Shown here piece after piece: positions 1 to 12,157 of a DNA stretch of 64,000 nt. The notes under the pieces are model-generated. The model made no database searches and had not been told where the DNA came from. It worked only from the letters and a program-made list of their open reading frames with translations. The stretch is taken from assembly GCF_004010195.1 (NCBI RefSeq), contig NC_057719.1, forward strand, positions 77,474,743-77,538,742, given 5' to 3'. The position numbers were made by a program, and so were the translations under genes. This DNA comes from Chiloscyllium plagiosum. Taxonomy: Eukaryota. How positions within the stretch are numbered: the first letter of the stretch is position 1; every line of letters starts with the position of its first letter.

Positions 1-325
1 CTTTCTAGTTCAGCACTGCCCTCATGACCTGTCCTACCTACCTATCTTCCTTTCCACCTATCCACTCCACCCTCTTCTCTGACCTATCACCTCCATCCCT
101 ACCCCCATTCACCCATTGTACTCTTTGCTAATTTCTCCCCACCCCAACCCCCCTCTCATTTATCTTTCCACCCTTCAGGCTCTCTGCCTGTATTCCTGAT
201 GAAGGGCTTTTGCCCGAAACATCGATTTTCCTGCTCCTCGGATGCTGCCTGACCTACTGTGCTTTTCCAGCACCACTCTAATCTACACTCTGGTTTCCAG
301 CATCTGCAGTCCTTGTTTTTGCCCT
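1..325 (+). mobile_element. Penelope-like element 3' end/pLTR, family A, with hammerhead motif
   Basis: Pyrimidine-rich tract, then CTGATGA-A-GGGC(TTTT)GCCC-GAAAC-ATC at 196-223, then a tail (ctgctcctcggatgctgcctgacct...ctgcagtcct) that recurs many times in the window. Confidence 0.75.
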
Positions 326-696
326 GTGCTTTTCCAGCCCACACTCTTTGACTCCAATTAAAGTGAGTGGGTTTCCAATAGTTTTGAATATCCATTATTT
401 CCTTCAGATGGGTGTACCATAAGGTTTTGCTGGTAGTGTGGAGGCTTTCCCATTCAAGGCAAACAGATTTGCATGTTGTACAATAGTTTGGACCGTTCAG
501 TAATTTTGTGTCTGAGCAAGTAATTAAAAGTTGAAAGGTTTCATAATTTTGTAGGCTCCAGAATGTCTCAGTTGTTTTGCCGACTGGTGTTCATTATCTT
601 TTGGCTGAGGCATTTGTGGGGGGTCTTCCTTTAGCTTTACAAGCTAAACCCCTGTTCCAGATAGCTGCCCGTAGGCTTGCATGTTGCCAGTCAGAC

Positions 697-1330
697 AGTT
701 AAAAATCACACAACACCAGGTTATAGTCCAACCAGGTGTATTTGGAAGCACTAGCTTTCACAGCATTGTTCCTTCATCAGGTAGCTATGGAACAGGATCT
801 AACACACAGAATTTAAAGCAAAAAATCACAGTGTCATGCAACTGAAATGATTTAATGAACAAACCTAGACTGCTGTTAAGTCTTTCATCTTTTTGAATGG
901 GTTACGGGTTTCGGTTCATTAATATGTAAATCCTATAACTTCTTTTAGATCACATTCCCAAGATAACTTATGGTTTTATTTAAAAAGGTGACATCTCAGC
1001 TCAGACAATGTGTTAAAGATGTGAGGTTAGAGTCTGTCTGTATTCCAATCTTGAGTCAGACCGGTTCTATTTCCAAAGTAGGAATTGATAAAATGTTATA
1101 TGGATTGACTGTCTGCAGGTTGTGTGCTTTTTGAGCAAAAATAGAATGTATCTGCAAATACAATTCTGCAAATGCAAATTCACCCCACTGACTTATATGC
1201 ATGTGAGGGGGTGGGGGGAGAGTGTGTGCTTGTGATTGTGTACATGTGAGTGCACGTGAGAAAGTGTGTGATTGCCTGTGCGTGTGTGCTTGGTAGAGTG
1301 TGTGCATGAATGTGACGGAGTATAAACCTC
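697..1330 (-). mobile_element. Penelope-like element 3' region, family B (CA-rich tract plus pLTR with decayed HHR)
   Basis: Reverse complement resembles 48880-49598, which follows a GIY-YIG remnant. HHR relic at ~750-785 (ctagctttcacagcattgttccttcatcagg). Confidence 0.75.
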
Positions 1331-1339
1331 TCACTGCTC

Positions 1340-1672
1340 AGAGCCGAAAAGGGACTTGCAGTGAGGGAGTTGCGTCCAGTGGTCATGGTTCACATCAGTC
1401 CCAATGACATAGGTAAAACTAGGAAAGAGATTTTGAGAGTACCAGGAGCTAAGCGATGGGGAAACTGAGAGAATGGAGTGGAGACATTGCAGGAAGCAAT
1501 AGTCAAGATTAATTAAATGGATACTAACTGCAGAATTCCAAGGTGCATACAGAGGGATTTAATTGTTCTGTTCCATTTGACAAGAAGTCATTACGCAAGT
1601 GCAGCACATCATTAAAAATGCGAGTGGAATGCAATCCTTTATGATGAAAGGAATTAAATATAAAAGGTTGAT
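1340..1672 (+). mobile_element. Decayed CR1 LINE fragments (ORF1 esterase motif and ORF2 piece)
   Basis: ~1376-1435 translates as PVVMVHISPNDIGKTRKEIL, like the CR1 ORF1 SGNH-esterase block VVVHVGTNDI. Confidence 0.6.
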
Positions 1673-1732
1673 ATGTTTCAGTTAAAAATCACACAACACC
1701 AGATTATAGTTCAACAGGTTTAATTGGAAGCA

Positions 1733-1767
1733 TACTAGCTTTCGGAGCGATGCTCCTTCATCAGGTG
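1733..1767 (-). ncRNA. Minimal type I hammerhead ribozyme motif (minus strand)
   Basis: Reverse complement CAC-CTGATGA-A-GGAGC(ATC)GCTCC-GAAA-GCTA-GTA. Catalytic core is intact. Confidence 0.7.
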
Positions 1768-1772
1768 GTAGT

Positions 1773-1807
1773 CACCTGATGAAGGAGCGTCGCTCCGAAA
1801 GCTAGTG
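1773..1807 (+). ncRNA. Minimal type I hammerhead ribozyme motif
   Basis: CAC-CTGATGA-A-GGAGC(GTC)GCTCC-GAAA-GCTA-GTG. Stem I is CAC/GTG, stem II is 5 bp, and stem III is the palindrome AGCT. Confidence 0.8.
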
Positions 1808-1912
1808 CGCTTCCAATTAAACCTGTTGGACTATAATCTGGTGTTGTGTGATTTTTAACTCTGTACACCCCAGTCCAACACCGACAGCTCCAAATCATGC
1901 TTCAGTTATATA

Positions 1913-2090
1913 GTTTAAAATCACACAATTTTGGAAGTACTACCTTTCGGAGCACTGCTCCTTCATCTGGCTACCCGAAGGAGCAGTGCTCCGAAAGGTA
2001 GTACTCCCACGTAAACCTGTTGGACTATAACTTGGTATTGTATGATTTTTAACTTTGTCCACCCCCATCCGACACCGGCATCTCCACATC
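1913..2090. mobile_element. Second fold-back pLTR mini-element (family B), cores mutated
   Basis: gtactacctttcggagcactgctccttc is inverted against gaaggagcagtgctccgaaaggtagtac. Same 3' tail as the previous element. No TSD seen. Confidence 0.85.
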
Positions 2091-2389
2091 AGCCAGAGAG
2101 GTCAGTGACTCTTAGTTCAAATGTGAATTCCACAAATGCATGTCCCAAGTTCAGAGGGTTTTAGTCCATGGTGTCTGATGGGAATTTGTGACCCACCCTA
2201 CAACATCCACCTGGAAATGTTACTGGCAACTATAGCAGATGAGGAACAAGCAGGGCAACACCCCCAACAACATACATAATATTATCAAAATCAGGAACAA
2301 CATGACGTTATCAACATCAAGCACAACTTAACAACACCAGGAGCAACAAATGCAAGGTTATCTGTGTAGCTTGGCAACTTGCCACTGAT

Positions 2390-2600
2390 GGAGTAGTGCT
2401 GGAAAAGCACAGCAGGTCAGGCAGCATCCAAGGAGCAGGAAAATCGGCGTTTCGGGCATATGCCCTTCATCAGGAATTTTCGGGCTTTTGCCCGAACGTC
2501 GATTTTCCTGCTTCTCGGATGCTGCCTGACCTGCTGTGCTTTTCCAGCACCATTCTAATCTTGACTCTACTCTCCAGCGTCTCCAGTCCTCGCTTTCTCC
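2390..2600. mobile_element. Fold-back pLTR mini-element (family A), 14-bp TSD
   Basis: Inverted arms either side of ~2475-2480. TSD aacttgccactgat at 2376-2389 and 2601-2614. Confidence 0.9.
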
Positions 2601-4714
2601 AACTTGCCACTGATAGCCTGGAATGTCAAATCTACAAGATGGAGACTGAGCATCCTCACAACTGAACATAAAATAAGCAAAATGACGAAATAAGAACCAG
2701 CTATAACAGAACCTTAAGGTTTTTCAACTTTTTACAAATGTTGATTTTTTTAAAAAATTTAGAAAGAACATAGGTAATGATTAGAACAGTCATATTGATA
2801 TCGGGTGCATTGTATTTTTTTAAGAAACACAGCTTTTATTATTCACATAGAAACAGAAACTAATTGTTTCGAAAATGGATGTCTGAGGTGTTAATATTTT
2901 GTTACTGCAAATGCTGAGTAATAATGCATTAATCCAGCAGTCACAGAGAAAATTGAAAGCAATGCACCAACAAAGCTTCAGTATTTTGAGCCTAAAATGA
3001 TTATTTCTAATTTAAGAGAACCAGAAGACGTAATACAATCAGTGTCTGATAAGGTATCAATTAGCTGACTGGCTTTGAACATAGACCACTACAATCAGTG
3101 CCACACAACAGCGCAGAGTTCTGTCACCGAAGGCCTGAATAAAGTTAATCCTTTTCATTCCTCCTCAGATAACAATGAACCTGAAAATGTGCTTGAAATG
3201 AGAGCATTGATCCCAAAGGACCAAGGGTGCAGACAGATGTCTCATCTCCTTTCTTAGCTGCCTTATTCAGGTTTTTAATGTAGAGGTTTTTTTTTACACA
3301 TGATTCAATCTTTTCAGATACTGATGCGTCAGCTCATGACCCTTCAGAAAAATGGCACCGAGCACAGGGAGTGGGACAATTTGTTGTTGTCCCTTCTATT
3401 TTTTACATGCATATTTTTGTTGGTATCCTACCAATGTTTAGCACGTCACCATGTTTCACAGGCTTCGGGTGTAAGGAGTGAAAAGATGTGATTGACAGGC
3501 CTTTCTTTGTCTTGCTGTTTAAAGGACGTTCATTCATATGATTGTCAGCGTGGAGATAGTCGTGTTCCTGTTAGTACAACTGATGTCAGTGGGACATGAA
3601 TCTATACAGAGAAGCTGGTGTTAGTTCTTAGCTGGTCTGATTAGATGTTACATCTAGATTGAGCAGTCTTTAAGATAGTATTTAACACATCTGCAGCTCT
3701 TGTTAATGGGCCACATATAAAGTCACAATTTTGTTCCTCCAGTTTGGCTGATATTTAAGCACAGAAATTACCATTTAAGTTAATAATCTTTGTATGCCAG
3801 ATGCATTTATATGGTGATATTTCTGGCAAGATTTTGTTGGGTTAAAGACTTTTAAAAATAACAATGGAATGGTTACATTAAATATCTACTAATCTCACAA
3901 ACAGTCTTTGCTGGCCTTTATTTCCTCTCTTTATTTTGTGAATTTTCTTTTCATTGCATTATTTGTTTCTGCTTATTCAATCTCTGATTTCACTCATTTT
4001 TCTTATGTTTGTTCTTTTATCTGATTCTACCGGGTGTTGTTCCCCTGTTCAAGGACAGCTAACTTATTGCTAGGCTCTGTTTGGGAACAGCCTGTCTGAC
4101 TCATCTTCCTCTATTTTTTTTTCCTGTGCTGTGACACAAGCCTCCATGATGTGGATGTTCATCTGTCCTAATCCAGTTGAATCTTTAATGGCGTTTTACA
4201 GTATTAGTGCATTAATTTGTCCATCAATTGGATCACTTCAGACAAACACTTTTTTTTGATTAACTTAGTCTTAGTTAACTTGATTAACTTAGCTGCTGAA
4301 GTAGCCCAGTATCACTTTGGAAGATGTAATCATCTCATGTAGTTAGAGTTGAAAGGATAGGATATAAAATACTGAATTACCTTTCAGCCAAGTGTCCACA
4401 AGCAAGAAATCATAAAAAAGACAAACTGTCAACTGCTGTAAATAATGTTCCTTGTAACCCAGTTGGAAATGACATTTGTTACTTGAAGTTAGTGAATCCA
4501 TAAACAACCAATTAAAAAATTGTAGTTACGGTATTCATAAATGAAAAAAAATGTCAGCTGGACTGTGGGGCTATTGTCAATCTTCCACTTGAGATTCTTG
4601 TGCTCTAAAGATTCTGTGAATTCACTGCTTAAGTTGAGTAAAACAAAATGAAGCCACTGGGGAAATTACTCATTGTTAAACGCCTCCTAAAACAAACACA
4701 GCACTTCAACAAGA

Positions 4715-4865
4715 ATCACAGGTATCAGAGAATCTTACAGTGTAGAAGACCACCATTCCTGCTACTGTGCCTGTGCAGCTCTTTGGAAGATTTGTCCAAT
4801 TAGTGCCATTCCTCTTATGGCCCTGCATTTATATCCAATTTGTTTATGTCAATTGATTTTTGAAA
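4715..4865 (-). mobile_element. Old CR1-type 3' tail, continuing at 7357-7495
   Basis: ...ttttgaaag (4865) joins gctttcttgaatctgctgcaacactctttcaagcag (7357), rebuilding a CR1 3' end split by younger insertions. Confidence 0.55.
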
Positions 4866-7055
4866 GACATAAAACCTAGGAACAGAATCTGGCCATTCAG
4901 CCCATCGACTCTGCTCTGCCATTCGATCATGGCTAATATGTTTCTAAATCCCATTCTCCTGCCTCTCCCTGTAAACCTTGAAGCCCCCACCCCAGTCAAG
5001 AACCTATCCATCTCTGCCTGAAATACACAGCAATGAGTTCTACAGATTAACTACCCTCTGGCTGAAGAAATTCCTCTTCATCTCAGTTCTAAAGAGTCAG
5101 CCCTTCACTCTGAGTCTGTGCCCTCAAGTTCATAGAAATGGAAATATCTTCTTCTCATCCACTCTATCCAGGCCTTTCAACATTCTATAAGTTTCAGTCA
5201 GAATCCCTCTCATCCTTTGAAACTCCATTGAGTACACATACAGAGTTCTCAACTGCTCCTCACACGATAATCCTGTCATCCCTGGGGTCATTATGTAAAC
5301 CTCCATTGGTCCCCTCCAACACCATCACATGCTTCCTTAGATGAGGGCTCCAAAACTACTCACAATATTTCAAATATGGTCTGACCAGAGCCTTATACAG
5401 TCCCAGTCATACAACTCTGCTCTTATTTTCTCATCCTCTTCAAATGAATGTGAACATTGTATTTGCCAACTGAATCTACATGTTAACCTTAAGAGAACTA
5501 GGACTCCCAAGTCCCTTGGTATTTCAGATTTCTGAAGCCTCTTCCCATTTACAAAATACTCCACAACTCTGTTCTTCCCATCAAAGTGCGTAACTTCATA
5601 CTTTCCTACAATTTATTTCATCTGCCACTTCTTGCCCACTCTCCAATCCTGTCCAAGTCCTTATGCAGTCTCCCACTTCCTCAACACTCTCTGTCCCTCC
5701 AACTATCTTTGTGTCATTTGCAAACTCAGCAACTAGTTCCTCGGTTCCTTCATACAGATCGTTAATGTATACTGTGAATTGTTGTGATCCCAATACTGAC
5801 CTCTGTGGAACTCCATCAGTCACTGGTTGCCATCTTGAAAAGACCCCTTTATTCCTACTTTGTGCCTTCTGCCATTCGGCCAAACATCTTTTTCATGGCA
5901 ATACCTTGTACCGAACACCATGGCCTTTATTTTGTTGAGCAGCCTCCTGTGTGGCAATTTTTCAAAGGTCTTCTAGAAATCCTAATAGATCACGCCTACT
6001 GTTTCCCATTTGACTAACTGGCTTGTTACAACGTAAACAAATTCTAACAGGCATGATCTCCCCGCAAGCAAGCTGTGCTGACTCATTCCTATTTTACCGC
6101 AAAATTCTAAATTCTTTGCAATCACTTGAAAGTCTTAGCAATGACTAAAGTCACACTAACTGGCCTATACAATCCTTTTTGTTTTGCCTTCCTTCTTAAA
6201 CAGGGTGTCACATTAGCCATTTTCCAGTCCTCTAGGAATCTCCTTGACTCCAGTGATTCTTGAATGATCACCACCAATGCCTCTACAATTCCCTCAGCTA
6301 TTTCCTTCAGATCTGTAGTGTGTAGACCATCTGTTATGAATGACTTATCTGCCTTCAGATTTTTCAGCTTCCCTGGCACTTTATGCTTCATGATGGTTGC
6401 TACATTCACCTCTATCCCCGACCCTCTTGAAGTTCTGGTATGCTAATGGCATCTTTCGCTGTGTTAACTGATGCAAAGTACCTATTTATTTCCTCCGCCA
6501 TTTTTTTTTCATTACTACTTCTCCAGCCTCATTTTCAAATGGCCCAACATCCACTCTTGTCACTCTCTCACCTTTTAGATATCTTAAAAAATCTCTTACA
6601 AACTTCTTTTATATTATGAGCTAGGGTATTCTCATATTTCATCTCCTCCCCTTTATTACTTTTTTAGTCGTCCTCTGCTGGCTTTTAAAGGCTTCCCAAT
6701 CCTCTGGCTTCCCACTAATCTTAATCACACTGTATACTTTTTCTTTTGCTTTTATGCTTTTATGACTTCCCTCATCAGCCAAGGTTGCCTCATCTTCTAT
6801 TCTATGTTTCTTCTTCCTTGGTATGAATTTCTGCTGTGCCTCCTGAATTATCCCCAGAAACTCCTGCCACAGCTGCCTTCCCAATCAACTCTGGCCAGCT
6901 CCTCCCTCACATCTTTGTAGTTACCTTTACTCAATAGTAATACCGTTACATATGAATCAATCTGTTGCCTCTCAAACTTCATGGCGAATTCTGCCATATT
7001 ATGGTCACTGCCCCCAGGGCTTTCCTTCGCATTCAGCTCCTTGATCAAGACTGCC
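4866..7055 (-). mobile_element. CR1/HER1-like LINE, 5'-truncated, frameshifted ORF2
   Basis: Minus-strand ORF pieces GGSDHN (endonuclease), DWKMANVTP, VPQRSVLG and EFANDTK (RT FADD box). CR1 3' tail near 4870-4935. Confidence 0.9.
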
Positions 7056-7058
7056 TTT

Positions 7059-7356
7059 CAGAGTCATAGTCATAGGGATGTACAGCATGGAAACAGACCC
7101 TTCGGTCCAACCCATCCATGCTGACCAGATATCCCAACCCAATCTAGTCCCACCTGCCTGCACCCGGCCCATATCCCCCAAACCCATCCAAATGCCTCTT
7201 AAATGTTGCAATTGTACCAGCCTCCATCACTTCCTCTGGCAGTTCATTCCATACACGTATCACCCTCTGTGTGAAAACGTTGCCCCTTAGGTCTCTTTTA
7301 TATCTTTCCCTGCTCACCCTAAACCTATGCCCTTTAGTTTTGGACTCCCCGACCCC
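7059..7356 (-). mobile_element. CR1/HER1-like 3' fragment
   Basis: KGHRFRV...FTQRVIRVWNELPEEV C-terminus plus short-repeat tail. Confidence 0.9.
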
Positions 7357-7379
7357 GCTTTCTTGAATCTGCTGCAACA

Positions 7380-9112
7380 CTCTTTCAAGCAGTATATACT
7401 AGATCATAGCAACTTACTGTATAAAAACTTTTCTCCTTGCCACATCTTTTTCAATTGTCTTAAATAGTGTCCTATGATTACCCACCCTCCCGTCATTTGG
7501 ATGTACACCTGCTCCAGATATTAGAGTCTTCCAACATATCCAATGTATGACAAGTATTTGTGAGAATGTTATGATGGTGAGCAAACAATTACGATTGACA
7601 GTGTTCTGGTCAAATACCAGGAATTACCATCAGTAACTCTAAATTGATCATGCAACCCCAGCTACGTTGGCACCAGCCTTCTTAAAAAACACACATTAAT
7701 AGCTTGCTGTGAGAATATTTATGCTTTTGTATTAAATTTAATGGCTTTCTTCAACATTCGGTTTGGACCATCAATAATTTTCTGGCTGAATCAGAGAAAG
7801 TAGGACGGAGTAAATTTGACAAGTTATGTTAGATGAAGAATCTGTTACAACCTGGTGACAGGGGGTGAATTGTTTCCCCTCTGCAAGTTCTTGGTGCATT
7901 TTTGCACATGGCTATACAGCTCCCCAGTTTAATTGTTGTTAGCAGGTATCTTTACTCGCTGGGTTTCCTGATACTTGTTTCCAAGTGGTGTTGTCATTTG
8001 GTACTTTTCATGAGAGGAAGAGAGTGAAAGAAAGATTCCTCCAGTCTGTGTTTGGTTCTGCAGTGAATAAAAAGAACCAACTGAACAATGATGAACAATA
8101 ATAAAGAAAGCATACAACATACACTTCAAAAATGGTCACAATCTGATCTGCTGAGGCTGAAGCATTTGAAGTTATCTAATCTTGTCAACAAAAATTCCAT
8201 GGAATAACATTTTTTTTTTAAATTGTAAATTACAAAAATCAAGAGGATGGACTGAATCTTTTTTTTGTCTAATTGTCATTTTTGATGAAATTTATGAAAT
8301 GTTTCTCTTCGCAAGGCCTCGTGAATTTTCGTGTACTGTTGTTCCAAAGTAAACTCATTAACTAGCTATACTGCTCCTCATATGTGATGTTAACTTGATT
8401 CTACCATTTGCTATAGCCAGGAAATTCACTGCAGAACCAAACACGGACTGGAGGAATCTTTCTTTCACTCTCTTCCTCTCATGAAAAGTACCAAATGACA
8501 ACACCACTTGGAAACAAGTATCAGGAAACCCAGCGAGTAAAGATACCTGCTAACAACAATTAAACTGGGGAGCTGTATAGCCATGTGCAAAAATGCACCA
8601 AGAACTTGCAGAGGGGAAACAATTCACCCCCTGTCACCAGGTTGTAACAGATTCTTCATCTAACATAACTTGTCAAATTTACTCCGTCCTACTTTCTCTG
8701 ATTCAGCCAGAAAATTATTGATGGTCCAAACCGAATGTTGAAGAAAGCCATTAAATTTAATACAAAAGCATAAATATTCTCACAGCAAGCTATTAATGTG
8801 TGTTTTTTAAGAAGGCTGGTGCCAACGTAGCTGGGGTTGCATGATCAATTTAGAGTTACAGATGGTAATTTCTGGTATTTGACCAGAACACTGTCAATCG
8901 TAATTGTTTGCTCACCATCATAAAATTCTCATAACTACTTGTCATATGTTGGGTATGTTGGAAGACTCTAATACCTGGAGCAGGTGTACATCCAACAGAC
9001 GGGAGGGTGGGTAATCATAGGACACTATTTAAGACAATTGAAAAAGATGTGGCAAGGAGAAAAGTTTTTATACAGTAAGTTGCTATGATCTAGTATATAC
9101 TGCTTGAAAGAG
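7380..9112. repeat. Long inverted repeat: arms 7380-8068 and 8424-9112 (689 bp each), 355-bp spacer
   Basis: Direct reverse-complement comparison. About 12 substitutions counted by eye, no net indel. Confidence 0.97.
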
Positions 9113-9194
9113 GCCACCTGGCCTGCAACACCTTATGGGTGCCTGTCCCTGCATAAAGTGCACTTGCAACAGCATTACACTGATAGCTGCCAAT

Positions 9195-9575
9195 TGCAAG
9201 GTACCATTTTGAAGAAGAGAAGAGGATCTATTCTCAGTGGAGAAAGTGAGGACTGCAGATGCTGGAGATCAGAGTCGAGAGTGTGGTGCTGGAAAAGCAC
9301 AACAGGTCAGGCAGCATCCACGGGGCAGGAGAATCGACATTTCGGGTAAGAGCCCTTCATCAGGAATCATTCTTAGTGTTCAGACCAATATTTATCTCTT
9401 GGTTAACATCACAATAAAACAGGTTTTCTGATCATTACCATAATGCTGTTGAGTAGATTTGCTGTGCATATTGCCTGCCATGTTTCGTGTATTGCAGTAG
9501 GGCAACACTTCAAATGTACTATGTTAGGGTCATCAGGAGGTCATAAAAGGTCTTGTATCAATGGAAGTATTTCAT
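9195..9575 (+). mobile_element. Ancient Deu-domain SINE relic (SacSINE1/AmnSINE-type), split by a pLTR insertion
   Basis: gaagaagagaagagg...gaccaatatttatctc...aacatcac...tgctgtgcat...cacttcaaatgtact resembles the Deu-SINE consensus as I recall it. Confidence 0.55.
9240..9368 (-). mobile_element. Solo pLTR unit (family A) with HHR motif, 10-bp TSD
   Basis: TSD attct(c/t)agtg at 9230-9239 and 9369-9378. The element ends just beyond the CTGATGA core. Confidence 0.85.
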
Positions 9576-9859
9576 TTTTTTTATTTGCCTGAAGGTTAAT
9601 AGAGGAAACAATTTGCCTACATATCCTACCAAAGAACAAGTTGACTTTGTATGGAACTACCACAAAGGGACTGTCTGGATGAAGCCAACTAGATTATATG
9701 TAACTACCAGGAAGCAATGTTGATAACCCTGGCAGACGGGTCCTGGCATAGGGCTGGAACCTAGAGGTAGGGGCATTACAACCATGCCACATAACCTTCT
9801 CACAGAGCGGGATGCACACACGCTTCATGACCCCACATGCTAAATTTGGTTCGTGATCC

Positions 9860-11070
9860 AAAAAATAAAAACGGAACCAAAGTAAGGGATGCTTGAGGGA
9901 CACTGACCCCAAAATGATCAAACTAAACATATTGTAATGATCAGAAATATCACACACCATGAAATCTGACATATAATTTTCAATGAGCTAATATCAAACA
10001 TAATGAAGGAGCGGTTGAAGAAACTTAATTGGCATGGATTTTTTTTAACAACCATCAAGTGGAAGAGAAGTGCATAATACATGCAAAGTAATTACATACC
10101 TCGAGTCAGCAAGTGTAGATTAATTAAGTGCATGTCTCTAATTGGATTAACAAATTAATCAGAAGGGAAGTTGGGAGTAAGATCAACCATTACAAGTACT
10201 GCAGGGAATGGTGAAGGGCCTACAGCAATGAGTTTACAGAAACTTGTATAGTCAGAACAAAAAGGGAACATTTTGAAAAATAGTTAAAAGGCAAAACCTT
10301 TCTTGGTACTTTCACAGTCAAGGAAGAGATGTGGACCATGAAATGCAGCTGAAATAAAAGATAAACATAAAATAGTTCATAACCTGAATCATTGCCTCCT
10401 CCAAATATTCACAAGGGGAGCCATGAGTAATATGCCCTTCCTTGGCAGTGATAACCTAAGTAGAGTTAATGACTTTCCTTTAAATGAGATGACTGTCCTT
10501 CCCAATCATAAAGAAAAGACAACAAATAAATCCACACAGACTGGTGGTATTTGTCATCAAGCATTGAGAAAGAACAGGGAGGAAATTTGTGAGGCATTAA
10601 TGCTGATCTGAACAAATAAAGGAGCACTGAAGAGATACTGAGAAGCTGGAAAGGGGATCATGTGGTGCCTTTATCAAAACAAGTGACAAAACAAATGCAG
10701 GCAACTGCATATCAGTTGGTTTTAGTTCATGTAAAATAATGGAATCAGTTATCAAGAGTAAATGTGAACGTTATCACCATGATAAGAACAAAGCAATGGC
10801 CATCCATATAGATTCTGAGAAGGAAGTTCTTGTCTGCTCAAAAGCCAATTTGCACACAGCAAACCCCTACCAACAGCAATGTGATAATGACCAGATAATC
10901 TGTTTTAGTGATGTAAAATTCCAAGTGGACATTGGTACATTTAGCATTATTCCAAACAAGATATTATTAGCTAAACTAAAATTGTGGAAATTCAAGGTAA
11001 CTCTTAGGAGGAGCAGGTTCTTGTCAGTTGGGTATCATGAGGTGAATGCTAAGTGGATGTTCCAGATCTT
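9860..11070 (+). mobile_element. Highly decayed CR1-like LINE ORF2
   Basis: Relic motifs tgatcagaaat (SDH region), ctggaaaggggatcatgtggtgcct (W..ANVVP) and KILLAKLK. Confidence 0.5.
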
Positions 11071-12157
11071 GGGATTGGGAACCATATTACTTGCCCTTCA
11101 CTCCTCCCTAGAGCACCTTGAGACCAAGAACAGCTTGCAACAGCATTACATAAGAATCCTACTCATTGACGGCAGTTCAGCCTTCAACATTATTATCCCC
11201 TTGAGATTGATTACTAAACTTAGTGGTCTTGGACTAAGCCCCACTCTCTGCAACTGGATCCTCAGTTTCCTGACCCACAGGCCACAATCAGTGAAGATTG
11301 GCAATATTTCATTCTCACTAACGCTCAACACTGGAGCCCCCCAGGGGTGCATACTCAACCCCCTACTGTACTTATTGTATACCCTTGACTGCATCGCCAA
11401 ATACCAGACTAATGCCATTTACAAGTTCGCTGGTGACACCACCGTAGTTGGTCGAATCTCAGATGGCAACAAAAAAGATTACAGACGGGAGGTGGAAGAC
11501 CTGGAAAAATGGTGCACTGAGGACAACCTAGCGCTCAATGCCAGCAAAACCAAGTAAATTATTATTGACTTTTGGTGGGATGTTACTCATGCTCTCCTAT
11601 ACATTAACAGCACAGAGGTGGAATGAGTGGAGAGTGTCCAGCTCCTGGGAGTGGTCATCCACAACAAGCTTTCTTGGATTCTTTCTGTGGATGCACTGGT
11701 TACAAAGGTCCAATAATATCTTTTCTTACTGTGGCAGCTGAGGAAATTTGGCATGACGGCGAATACCCTTGCCAACTTTAGAGGTGTGCTGTCAAGAGCA
11801 TTCTGTCTGGATGTATCACTACCTGGTATGGCAACTGTACCATTCAAGATCAGAGACGGTTACAGAGAGTGGTGAACTCGGCCCAGACAATCACAAAGGC
11901 CAACCTCCTATCTATAGAATCCATCTACCAGGCCCACTGTCAGGAAAAGGCCGCCAGTATTCTCAAAGATCCATCCCACCCTGATAATGTTTTTCTACAA
12001 CCTCTACCATCGGGGAAGAAGGTACAGAAGCCTGAACACACGCAGCAGCAGGTTTCAAAATAGTTTCTGCCCTAGTTGTTAGAATACTGAATGGACTCAG
12101 AAACCCCTTAACATTCGGCAGTACCTGTGTTTTTGTTTTTGCCACTTTTACCTATTA

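Larger units (their letters stand above)
1680..1896. mobile_element. Fold-back pLTR mini-element (family B), 88-bp arms, ~12-bp TSD
   Basis: Arms 1680-1767 and 1773-1860 with 4 mismatches and a 5-nt loop. TSD atg(t/c)ttcagtta at 1673-1684 and 1897-1908. Confidence 0.9.

Noticed and set aside
3075..3491. Possible exons (short ORFs, pyrimidine tract plus AG at ~3150-3168)
   Set aside because: No recognisable protein similarity and no convincing donor site.
7380..9112. DNA transposon with long TIRs
   Set aside because: No TSD or transposase, and the outer end cuts through an older CR1 tail. Kept as an inverted duplication.
10739..11557. Longest ORF (272 aa) as a host gene
   Set aside because: Chance in-frame fusion of decayed CR1 sequence with a Rex1 RT fragment. 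The catalytic motif is mutated (FAGD) and stops follow.
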